Source: an uncultured Acidobacteriota bacterium
Lineage (GTDB): Bacteria; Acidobacteriota; Vicinamibacteria; Vicinamibacterales; JAKQTR01
NCBI GenBank assembly: GCA_963843385.1
Contig: CAWJJY010000007.1
Location: forward strand, 1,974,028-2,038,027
Length of the DNA: 64,000 nucleotides
Reading direction: 5' to 3'
Shown here piece by piece: positions 43,773 to 52,496 of the stretch. How positions within the stretch are numbered: the first letter of the stretch is position 1; every line of letters begins with the position of its first letter. The notes under the pieces were generated by a model. It had not been told where the DNA came from. It saw nothing but the letters and a program-made list of their open reading frames with translations, and did not search any database. The position numbers and the translations under genes are program-made.

Positions 43773-46028
43773 TCATCCTGCCGCGCGCAGCCCGGCCGCC
43801 TGCACGCTGCCGAGCGTCGTCAGGTTCACGACGTCCTGCACGGAGTTGCCGTACTGCAGGAGCTGAACGGGCAATCGTGTTCCCGTCAGGATGGGGCCGA
43901 CCAGCACCGTGTCACCCACCGCCTGCAGCAGGTGCATGGCCATGTTGCCCGACTGCAGGTCGGGAAACACCAGGACATTGGCGTCCTTGTCGAGCGCGGA
44001 GAATCCGAAGTATCGGCTCCGAATCTCGCGGTTGACGGCCGTGGCGATCTGCATCTCGCCGTCCACGGCCAGGCCCGGAGAGCGTTCCTTGACGATTTCG
44101 GTCGCCCGCCGCACCTTTCGCGCAAACGGGTGGTCGACCGAGCCGAAGTTCGAGAACGACAACATCGCCACGCGGGGCTCGATGCCCAGCAGCCGGACCA
44201 TGCGCGAGGTCAACAGTGCCGTCTCCGCCAGGCCGTTCTCGTCGGGTTCGATGGCGACGGCGCAGTCGGCAAGGAAGAACACGTCCTTCGGCAGCAGCAC
44301 CATGTAGTAGCTCGACACGCGGCTGATCCCGGGCGCGGTCCCGATCGTCTCGAGCATCACACGCAGCGAGTCCGCGTAGTGGTGCTCGATGCCGCCGACG
44401 AGCAGGTCGGCGTCGCCGCTGTGGAGCATCATGGCGCCGAAATACTCCGGCCGACGGAGGCGCTGCTCCGCCGTGGGGCGCATCACCCCGCGCCGGCGCC
44501 GCTGGCGCACGTGCTCGTCGACATATGCATCGCGTTTCGGACTGCGGGAGGGATCCACGATGAGCAGGCCGGACGGGTCCAGCCCGGCGCGAACGAGGCC
44601 GGCGCGAATCTCGGCCTCGTCGCCGAGCAGGACGGGCCGCGCCACGCCTTCGTCAGCGAGGATGGCGGCGGCGCGCTGGATGATCTCGGAGGTGCCGTCG
44701 GCAAAGACGGTCCGAAGGGGTTCCTGCCTCGCCCTCACCATGAGCCGCCGCATCATGCCCGTGCCCGTTCCAATCCTCACGGTCAGGCTCTCCTGGTACG
44801 CCACGTCTTCGACCGGCCGGCCGGCCACGCCGTCCTTCACCGCCTGGCGTGCAACCGCCGCGGACTGGCGAACGAGGATCCGGGGATCGATGGGTTTCGG
44901 CAGCAGGTACTCCGGCCCGAAGCTGAGTCGTTCGTAACCGTACGCCCGGCTGACTTCGTCGGCCACTTCGTCGCGGGCCAGATCGGCGAGCGCCCTCGCG
45001 GCAGCCATCAGCATCCCGTCGGTGATCCGGGCCGCCTGGACGTCGAGGGCTCCGCGGAAGATGTACGGAAAGCTCAGGTGATCGACAATCGCGTTGGGAA
45101 AGCGCGTGAGGCTGGTCGCCACGATCACGTCGCGGCGGCTTTCTCGCGCGGACTCGTAGCCGATCTCAGGTTCGGGCGTCGCCATCGCCAGCACGATGGG
45201 GAACCGCGCCATCGAGCGGATCATCTGCTGTGAGAGCACGCCGCCGGCGGACGCCCCGATGAACACGTCGGCGCCCCGCAGCCCGTCCTCGAGCGCGCGC
45301 GGCGCATCCGCGCGTGAGAAGGCCCGCTGATGAGGTCCGATGTCCTGCCGGTCGGGATGCACGAGGCCGTTGAGGTCGTAGAGCCGGAGCTGTTCGGCCT
45401 TCGCGCCCATGCCGATCAGGAATCGCGCGCAGCCGATGCCGACCGTGCCCGCGCCGCAGATCACGATGGCCGCGTCGGCAATCGTCTTCTCCGCGAGATC
45501 GAGCGCGTTGAGGAGCGCGGCCGCCATCACGACCGCCGTGCTCTGGAGGTTCTCGTGCACGACGGGGATGCGAAGGCCCTCGCACAGGCGCGCGTAGATC
45601 TCGAGGCCTTCAGGGGCCTTGATGTCCTTGAGGTCGATTCCGCCGAAGGTCGGCTCGAGCATCTGGACCGTGTCGACGAAGCGGCCCGGGTCCCCGGTGT
45701 CGAGCTCGAGATCGAACACGTCGATGTCGGCCAGCCGCTTGAAGAGCACGGCCGTCCCTTCCTGCATGGGCTTCGCGGCGAGCGGCCCGACGTCCCCGAG
45801 CCCGGGCACCGCCGAACCGTTGGTGATGACGCCGACCAGGTTGCCACGGGCGGTGTACCGGAACGCCGCGTCGGGATCGGCGTGGATGGCGGCGCCCGGG
45901 AAACACGCACCGGGCAGGTAGGCCAGCCGCATTTCGCGGGCGGTGAGGCACGACTTCGTGGTCCGCAGCTCGATCTTCCCGGGCCGATCCGCTTCGTGGT
46001 ACGCGAGGGATTCATCGGGACGAATCAT
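43773..46028 (-). CDS. MaeB-type malic enzyme + phosphotransacetylase-like domain protein, with a divergent active site
   Basis: Overall collinear with NADP-malic enzyme MaeB (YTARGNLVGVITNGSAVPGLGDVG, EPTFGGIDLKDIKAPE, CGAGTVGIGC, ATPEPEI, FPYIFRGALDV) plus a C-terminal PTA-like half. Its ATG overlaps the stop of the giant upstream gene (ATGA). See the findings for the substitutions. Confidence 0.8.
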   Translation of the reverse strand: MIRPDESLAYHEADRPGKIELRTTKSCLTAREMRLAYLPGACFPGAAIHADPDAAFRYTARGNLVGVITNGSAVPGLGDVGPLAAKPMQEGTAVLFKRLADIDVFDLELDTGDPGRFVDTVQMLEPTFGGIDLKDIKAPEGLEIYARLCEGLRIPVVHENLQSTAVVMAAALLNALDLAEKTIADAAIVICGAGTVGIGCARFLIGMGAKAEQLRLYDLNGLVHPDRQDIGPHQRAFSRADAPRALEDGLRGADVFIGASAGGVLSQQMIRSMARFPIVLAMATPEPEIGYESARESRRDVIVATSLTRFPNAIVDHLSFPYIFRGALDVQAARITDGMLMAAARALADLARDEVADEVSRAYGYERLSFGPEYLLPKPIDPRILVRQSAAVARQAVKDGVAGRPVEDVAYQESLTVRIGTGTGMMRRLMVRARQEPLRTVFADGTSEIIQRAAAILADEGVARPVLLGDEAEIRAGLVRAGLDPSGLLIVDPSRSPKRDAYVDEHVRQRRRRGVMRPTAEQRLRRPEYFGAMMLHSGDADLLVGGIEHHYADSLRVMLETIGTAPGISRVSSYYMVLLPKDVFFLADCAVAIEPDENGLAETALLTSRMVRLLGIEPRVAMLSFSNFGSVDHPFARKVRRATEIVKERSPGLAVDGEMQIATAVNREIRSRYFGFSALDKDANVLVFPDLQSGNMAMHLLQAVGDTVLVGPILTGTRLPVQLLQYGNSVQDVVNLTTLGSVQAAGLRAAG

Positions 46029-49000
46029 GACGGCACCTCCACCGACGGGCGCACCCGCAAGGGATGGCGGTCGGTCGCCTCACGCCAGACGGCAAACGCG
46101 GACGGAACCGGGCGAACCTGGAGCAGGCTCACGTGCGGACCCTCGAACCCGAACTCGATGTCGAGCGGCGTTCCGTACGCGTGTTCGAGCCGCAAAGCCG
46201 TCTCCACGACCTCGAGCAGTTCCGGATACTCGAGGGCCGGCCGGAGCCGCTGGTGGGCGAGCGTGTCGACCTTGACGGTGCCCTGCCCGAACCGTTCGTC
46301 GTAGACGACGCGCGAGCGTTTGTCGCTCGTCAGGTAGCGGAAGCGCGGCGGGGCGGCGCGGTCGCCGGACTTCGCCACCAGCACGTGGTCGGCCGCCACG
46401 GTCCCCGACACGATGCCTTCGCCGAGCCCGAGCCCGACGTTGATCACCAGCTCGCACGGGTTCGACTGCGCCGCATTGATCGTCTGGACCACGCCTGAGA
46501 CGCGCGACTGCACCATGCGCTGCACGATGACACCGCCGTGCGGGCACCGGCGGTCGTGGCGCTGCAGGCGGTCGCGAATCGCGCGCTCCGTCCAGAGCCC
46601 CGCCCATGCCCGTGTCAGCACCTCCAGCACCCGCGTCTCGCCGCGGATGAACAGAAAGGTCTCGAACTGGCCGGCCCGCGTCTCGCGCTCAGTGTCCTCC
46701 TCGAGCCCGGACGATCGGATGGCGACCGAGTCGGCGCCGAGATCGCGCCACGCGTGGCTCACCTCGACAGCCACGCTGGCCGGGAGGGTCATCCGCCGCC
46801 AGATGTCCTGGATTTCCGACGCCATCCACGTCGGTGTGCGGTCGGACCGATCGAGCACGGCTTCGATGGCCCGCCGCACGGTGCCGCCGGCACCGGCCGG
46901 CACCGCTTGCCGCGCCTCGAGGTCAAACCCGCTGTCCAAGGCCTCCTGAAACGCGCGGTCGGCGATGGCGAACCATCCCGGGATCGCCGCGCCGCCGAGA
47001 ACGCGCGCGGCCTCCGCGAGGTTGGCTGCCTTGCCCCCGACCAGCTGCTCGAGATCGATCCCGCCGTCGCGCGGGACGATGATGAGTCGGTTCGAGAGGG
47101 GCCCCCCTCCAGCCTCCGCGCGGACTCGAGCCGCGGTGGCCACGCGCTCCTCGGCGCCATCGCCAATTCCCTCGATGCCAAGCACCGCGTTCAGGCGGTT
47201 CAGCACAACCCCCAGCCGGCGCGCCGAGCCGAGGCCGGTGTCCGCGAGGATGTCTGCCCGCATTGCGTCCCGGAGTCGCAACAGCCGCTCGGCGGCCAGC
47301 GCGTCGAAGTCGTTCGAATCGCCGATGCCCAGCAGCGCGGGCTTCAGCCCGCATCCTTCGACGGTGGCCTGGACCTGCCGGCAGGACTGCTGTAAGTCGA
47401 ACACCGCCTGGCGCAGCGCCAGCACATCGTGCGCGGTTGTCGCGCGTGGAATCTGCGCGATGGCCCGTTGCCGGGCGTCGGCGAGTTTGCGGGAGAGTGC
47501 GGTTCCCACCTGCGTGACGGACTCGTGCGCGAAGCGTCCGACCTTCGAGTTGCCGATCAGCAGCGACAGCAGCGGCACGAGGTCTCCGCCGCTGCCGCCA
47601 GCGACTGACGCCGCCTCGCCGATCAACAGTTCCTCGACCCCATAGCGGGCCAGGCCCGGATCGGCGATGCGCGGAACGAGCCGTTCGAGCTGGTGCCGGC
47701 TGTGAAGCCGCCGGCCACGCTCTCCAAGCACTTCTTCGGGGCGTGCGCGAGAGAGGCTCTGGCACGCATCGGCGTAGAGGTGGAGCGCCGCGTGAAACGT
47801 GCACGCCAGCGGATCGTGGCCGAGCAGCCGGAGCAGTCCCTGGCCCGCGTCGAGCACCACGAGATCGCCGTCGCGGACGACGTCGTCGACCTCCCGGATG
47901 TCGACGAACTTCACGACCTGGTAGCCGGCGGTCTCGGACGCCTGTTCGCGATACCTGGAGCGTCGACAGGTCAGGCTCGTGTCTCCGCCGGCGGACCGGG
48001 CCCAAGTCCCTTGCACGATGACGGCCGGCCGGCCCGACTCGACCGCCACCAGACCGAGGTGGCTGAGGATTCCTCCGCCGGTAGACACAATCCCCGTCGC
48101 CGCGTGCAGGAATGGTGCATCGGCGGGCTCGAGCCGCTCGGTGACGAGCACACTCCCGGCGCAATCCTCCGGCCGGCGCCCGGCGGTGCCGATTCGAACC
48201 AGGCCCGTGGCGCGTCCGGGCGAGGCGGCCGTCGCGCGAACCAGTCGCTCGCCCGGAAACGCCGCGGCAGGCGGCCGCGGGTGCGGCGTGCGGAACCGGC
48301 GCCGGATCTCCTCTACGGCCGTCCCGTCATCGTCGGCATGCGGCGCCACGGCATCGCCCAGGTAGTTGGCTCGACGGAGCCTGGCAAACAGATCGGCCCC
48401 GTCGCACAACGGGCTGTCCTGCCACTCCCCTCCCGGCTCGGCGCGACGCCGGTAGAGCGCGCCATCCAATGCCGCGCACGCAATCCGTGCCACGCCCTCG
48501 TGGTCCCGCAGCAGAAAGACGCCCAGCGAGGCCCTTCCGAGCGAGAGTGAGGCGTGCTGCACGTCGTACGCGTTGATGCTGCCAATCGTCCGGAAGCGGA
48601 CGCTGCGATCGACGAGCGAGATCAGCCTGGCCACCTGCGCGGCCTGCGCCAGCACCGGCGAGGGCGAGTCCAGGATCTCCACCAGTCGGTCGACCGCGTG
48701 GACGGGTTCGAACACGTCCGGGCTCGATCCGACGGGCCCGTCGGATGTCTCGACCAGCTCGCCCTGGGCGACCGCGGAGCGTAAGGGTTCGAGAATGAGG
48801 GCCTCGAACGGCACCTGCCGCAACAAGCTGGGCACGGCGGCCGGATCGGCCCGCGCGATATTCAGTTGCTCGAGCACGGTCGTCACGTATTCACCGCAGG
48901 CCGCAGGAAACTCGACGGTGAACCGGTCCCGGTATGCACCCTCGCCTGTCCAGCGGACTTCCCGGACTCCCTCCGCTCCTTCTTCGATCGAAACCAGAAT

Positions 49001-51181
49001 GCCGGCCCGGTCCTTCGTCAGGAACTGTTGAACCGGCAGCGCACCCCAGTTCTGGTAGAAATCGGCCCAGGCCGACGCGACCTCCCGCCGGGCCTCGGCC
49101 GGGAGCGCCAGCGACGCAACGGTCCAGTCAACGTCCATCAAGTACGGCACCAGGCCGAACAGCCTTTTCGCCTGGGACACGAGATCGTCCATGCAGACGG
49201 CGCGCTCCTTGTCGTAGCGCGCATGAATGCGCGTCGAGTCGATCTCGACGATGAAGTCGAGCCGTTCGAACATGAGGCGAATGGCGTCGAGCGACGGGCA
49301 GGGGTGCCAGGCCAGTTCGTTGTTGCTGACGCCGAGGTACTGGAGGTCGATCATCCCGCCGCGCAGCGGCGGAGAGTAGTCGACCCTGATGAACGCCGGG
49401 TGATTTCGGAATCGCGCGAAATAGTGGACCTCGTTGCCGTAGCAGAAGACGCTGACCGTCGGAAACGTGCGATGCCCGTGCAGCAGCTGCCGGGCGAACG
49501 CGTCAACGATGAGCGCGACGGAGTCCGGCAGCGCCGGAGCCGTGTCGCCTCCGCCGGTCTCGTCCAGGTCGACGAATTCGAGAGGACGCGCGATCTCGAG
49601 TGGCCGCGACGGAGTCACGACGGCGAAATCGATCGTGCGCGTCGCTCGCGGCCCGGACGGCACCAATCCAAACGCCAGCTTCAGCCCCCGCTGGTGGAGA
49701 TAGCGCTTCAGGCCGTGGAGCGTGTGAATGTCGCGCGGCCCCGCGGGGTCCTCGAAGGCCTGCGCCATTCGACAGGCCTCGATCGGAACCTCGTCTCCAT
49801 CGCACCCGGCGAGCTCCCGCTCGATTCGCGACGTGATGTCGTCGAACACGCCGGCGAGGACCTCGGCTTCATCCCGGTGCGAGCTGAACATGGCGCCGAA
49901 GTCGGACACCAGTCGATCGAGCGTGTCGAAGACCTTCCGAAGGCGGAGACGAGTCAGCGGCGCGAGGTCCAGCAAGTCCGACAGCAGGTCGGCGTGGACG
50001 ACGTTGTAGGCCCTGAACCGGGCGACCGCGTCGCGCGCCGCGAAGGTTTCCGATGGGTCGGCCGCCTGGCCGCCGACCGCGACGACGATGGTCCGCTCGA
50101 ACACGCGGCGCACGCCGGGCCCGCGTTCGAGGATCGACGCTTCGGAAGGGGCGAGCACCAGCGGAAACGATCCCGCCACGCTGAGGCCCACGAAGGTCCG
50201 GGCCTCGAGCCCCATGTTGATACGGCCCCAGCCGAGCGCCGCCACCAGTTCCCTGAACCGCGACGCCCCACACTCGCGCTCGACACGCTGGAACGAGGCG
50301 AGCCCGTCCTTCGTGTCAACCAGGATGCGAGCCCGAATCAGGTCCTCGTGCGTGGCACGCGTGAAGGCCAGCGAGGGCCCGAGCACGGCGAAGCCCTCGT
50401 CGCCGAGCACGCGCCTGGCGAGGTCGTCTGAGGGTGGCCGCCCGTCAAGGTCGAGCAGGCGGGCCGCGAGGCGCTGAATGCCCGGCGTCTGACCCCGCTC
50501 GATCAGATTGGCTTCCGCGGCCGCCGTTACGCCCTCGACACCAGCGCCGCCATCCGTCCCGGCCCGGGCCCTGACGATCTGCCGGATCACCCGAAGGTCG
50601 GCGTCGCCAGAGAGTCCGCTGCCCTGCTGGTCGAGGCGATCGGCGAGAGCCTGGAGGACGGGATCCGACACGATGAGGGTCCCGGCATCGGCCGCCCGTG
50701 CGATGGCCTCGAGTGCGCGCCTGGCCAGCCCGGAGTCGTCGAGCGACAGCAGGGGCGCGAGGATCGGCCACGGATCGGACACGCTCTCGGCGAACTCTTC
50801 GAGCAGCCCAAACACGGAGGCAGCCACGGGGCCGGCGCGCCGGCCAAGCAGTGGCAGCAGTCGAGCGAATGACTCGCGGCTGGCGGGAAGGGCCCACGAC
50901 GCGCGCTGCCCTCTCACCTCGGCACAGGCGGCGTCGACCGTTTCCTGTCGAGGGAGATAGGACGAGCACGCCGCCGCAAGGGCACGAAGGGCGTCGTCGA
51001 GCAGATCACAGGAGAGGGATTCGCCAGCCGGCCGAGCGGCAGGCGGATGATCCGCCGGGCCCGATTCAACCTCTGGCACCGCCCGAAACCCCCGGGGGCC
51101 ACGCTGTCGTTGATGAACCGGTCCGATATGCGGGGGACGGGGGCCGTAGACACGAGCAGTATAGACCAGCCGCGAATCCAC
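46025..51181 (-). CDS. Giant (1,718 aa) PEP-utilising-enzyme-type phosphotransferase/dikinase-like protein: unknown N-terminal ~975 aa, phosphohistidine swivel domain, helical linker, C-terminal PPDK_N ATP-grasp domain
   Basis: Swivel domain, aa ~980-1060: GRATGLVRIG...VLVTERLEPADAPFLHAATGIVSTGGGILSHLGLVAVESGRPAVIV, with His1041. ATP-grasp, aa ~1366-1695: LVGGKAANLAEAARVLG..IPGWF, VAIRSSGLEEDTERETRAGQFETFL, VIVQRMVQSRVSGVVQT, NVGLGLGEGIVSG, PLDIEFGFEGPHVSLLQVRP. No PEP/pyruvate TIM-barrel motifs seen. Start is GTG 51181 and is uncertain. Confidence 0.8.
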   Translation of the reverse strand: MDSRLVYTARVYGPRPPHIGPVHQRQRGPRGFRAVPEVESGPADHPPAARPAGESLSCDLLDDALRALAAACSSYLPRQETVDAACAEVRGQRASWALPASRESFARLLPLLGRRAGPVAASVFGLLEEFAESVSDPWPILAPLLSLDDSGLARRALEAIARAADAGTLIVSDPVLQALADRLDQQGSGLSGDADLRVIRQIVRARAGTDGGAGVEGVTAAAEANLIERGQTPGIQRLAARLLDLDGRPPSDDLARRVLGDEGFAVLGPSLAFTRATHEDLIRARILVDTKDGLASFQRVERECGASRFRELVAALGWGRINMGLEARTFVGLSVAGSFPLVLAPSEASILERGPGVRRVFERTIVVAVGGQAADPSETFAARDAVARFRAYNVVHADLLSDLLDLAPLTRLRLRKVFDTLDRLVSDFGAMFSSHRDEAEVLAGVFDDITSRIERELAGCDGDEVPIEACRMAQAFEDPAGPRDIHTLHGLKRYLHQRGLKLAFGLVPSGPRATRTIDFAVVTPSRPLEIARPLEFVDLDETGGGDTAPALPDSVALIVDAFARQLLHGHRTFPTVSVFCYGNEVHYFARFRNHPAFIRVDYSPPLRGGMIDLQYLGVSNNELAWHPCPSLDAIRLMFERLDFIVEIDSTRIHARYDKERAVCMDDLVSQAKRLFGLVPYLMDVDWTVASLALPAEARREVASAWADFYQNWGALPVQQFLTKDRAGILVSIEEGAEGVREVRWTGEGAYRDRFTVEFPAACGEYVTTVLEQLNIARADPAAVPSLLRQVPFEALILEPLRSAVAQGELVETSDGPVGSSPDVFEPVHAVDRLVEILDSPSPVLAQAAQVARLISLVDRSVRFRTIGSINAYDVQHASLSLGRASLGVFLLRDHEGVARIACAALDGALYRRRAEPGGEWQDSPLCDGADLFARLRRANYLGDAVAPHADDDGTAVEEIRRRFRTPHPRPPAAAFPGERLVRATAASPGRATGLVRIGTAGRRPEDCAGSVLVTERLEPADAPFLHAATGIVSTGGGILSHLGLVAVESGRPAVIVQGTWARSAGGDTSLTCRRSRYREQASETAGYQVVKFVDIREVDDVVRDGDLVVLDAGQGLLRLLGHDPLACTFHAALHLYADACQSLSRARPEEVLGERGRRLHSRHQLERLVPRIADPGLARYGVEELLIGEAASVAGGSGGDLVPLLSLLIGNSKVGRFAHESVTQVGTALSRKLADARQRAIAQIPRATTAHDVLALRQAVFDLQQSCRQVQATVEGCGLKPALLGIGDSNDFDALAAERLLRLRDAMRADILADTGLGSARRLGVVLNRLNAVLGIEGIGDGAEERVATAARVRAEAGGGPLSNRLIIVPRDGGIDLEQLVGGKAANLAEAARVLGGAAIPGWFAIADRAFQEALDSGFDLEARQAVPAGAGGTVRRAIEAVLDRSDRTPTWMASEIQDIWRRMTLPASVAVEVSHAWRDLGADSVAIRSSGLEEDTERETRAGQFETFLFIRGETRVLEVLTRAWAGLWTERAIRDRLQRHDRRCPHGGVIVQRMVQSRVSGVVQTINAAQSNPCELVINVGLGLGEGIVSGTVAADHVLVAKSGDRAAPPRFRYLTSDKRSRVVYDERFGQGTVKVDTLAHQRLRPALEYPELLEVVETALRLEHAYGTPLDIEFGFEGPHVSLLQVRPVPSAFAVWREATDRHPLRVRPSVEVPS

Positions 51182-51228
51182 GGGGGATTACCTGAACCGA
51201 GCCCTCACCGCGTCACCGGCCGCGGCGA

Positions 51229-51251
51229 GCCGCTCGACTTCGACGAGCGGC
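51229..51251 (-). other. Hairpin (GCCGCTCG-7 nt-CGAGCGGC) in the 85-nt gap between the HlyD-family gene and the giant gene
   Basis: 8-bp perfect stem with no U tract. It could be a partial terminator, an attenuator or an mRNA-stability element. Confidence 0.3.
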
Positions 51252-51266
51252 GTGTGCTTCGCAGAG

Positions 51267-52493
51267 CTATCGCGCCGCCTGGATTTCGCGCAGCGTCACT
51301 CGAGTCCCGTCGGCGATCTGGTCGCCCGGATGGACGATGACCTGGTCGCCGGATTTCAGGCCGCCGAGCAGCTCGGCGGTCACGCCATTGCGCTGGCCAA
51401 TGGTCACGGGGCGAAGCCGCGCGCGACCGCTCTCGACCGAGAAGGCCGCCCATCGATCACCCTGTCGGAAAAGCGCGCTCGTGGGGATCTGCAGGGCGTC
51501 GGTGCGCTCCCACGTGATGATGCGAGCTTCGACGCGGTAGGCGTCGCCGAGCGTCCGCCACGCCTCGTACGGATCCTCAAGTTCGACCACCACCCAGACG
51601 CGCTGTTCCTCGACACCAAGGGCCGAGACCTTCAGGAACGCCGAGGGTTCGACACGCCGGACGCGCCCCTTGAGCGGGCTGGCTCCCCCCCACCGGTCGA
51701 TGAGCGCCGGCATGCCCGGTCGCATGCGCACCGCATCGGTTGACAGGAAGTCGGCGATGACCTCGAGCGCGGCGGGATCGGCCACCTCGATGAGCGGCTC
51801 TCCCTGCGCGACGACCGATTCGCTCTGCCGAATGCGTTTGAGAACCACGCCGTCAATCGGGGACCTCACCCCGACCGATTTCGGTGCACTGGCTGCGGTC
51901 ACGCCGCTGCCAGGCTCGACCAGCGTCGCGCGAGCAGTCTCCAGGTCGTGAGCTGCGGCTGCCACGGCCGCCTCGGCTGCCTGCAGCGAGCGCCCCCGCA
52001 CATCGGCCTCGGATGCGGCGGCGGCGCCGGCCTGGCGCGTGGCCAGTCCCTGCTCGACGAGCGACTGCATCCGATGGGCCTCTGACGAGGCAAAGTCGCT
52101 CGAAGCTTTGGCCTGCTCACGCTCGGCCCGCACGCGATCGAGCGTCGCAGAAGCCGCCTGGACCCGAGAGATGGACTCGGCGCGGGTCCTCGCGTCGAGC
52201 AGCGGCGGCGCAGCCGGCATCAGAGTCGCCAGGACCGTCTTGCCGCGCGCGACCGGATCGCCGGGCTCGAGTTCGATGCGCAACACCCGTCCGGCTACCG
52301 GCGCAGACACCACGAACCGTTCCCGGACGCGCGTGACCCCTTCATGGTCCAGGGTCACCCGCATCGGTCCCGACGTGATCGTCGCCTGATCGACCGCACT
52401 CGCACGCGGCAGCAGGGCTACGACGAGCGCTGCGAGCCCAACCAGCCCGATGACGGTCCAGATGATGACTCGTCGTCTGGTCGCGGTGGTCAT
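51267..52493 (-). CDS. HlyD/MacA-family periplasmic adaptor of an ABC exporter
   Basis: N-terminal TM anchor VIIWTVIGLVGLAALVVALL. Lipoyl-like block: VSAPVAGRVLRIELEPGDPVARGKTVLATL. A coiled-coil follows, then SPIDGVVLKRIRQSESVVAQGEPLIEVAD. Its start lies 3 nt after the permease stop. Confidence 0.85.
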   Translation of the reverse strand: MTTATRRRVIIWTVIGLVGLAALVVALLPRASAVDQATITSGPMRVTLDHEGVTRVRERFVVSAPVAGRVLRIELEPGDPVARGKTVLATLMPAAPPLLDARTRAESISRVQAASATLDRVRAEREQAKASSDFASSEAHRMQSLVEQGLATRQAGAAAASEADVRGRSLQAAEAAVAAAAHDLETARATLVEPGSGVTAASAPKSVGVRSPIDGVVLKRIRQSESVVAQGEPLIEVADPAALEVIADFLSTDAVRMRPGMPALIDRWGGASPLKGRVRRVEPSAFLKVSALGVEEQRVWVVVELEDPYEAWRTLGDAYRVEARIITWERTDALQIPTSALFRQGDRWAAFSVESGRARLRPVTIGQRNGVTAELLGGLKSGDQVIVHPGDQIADGTRVTLREIQAAR

Positions 52494-52496
52494 GTC

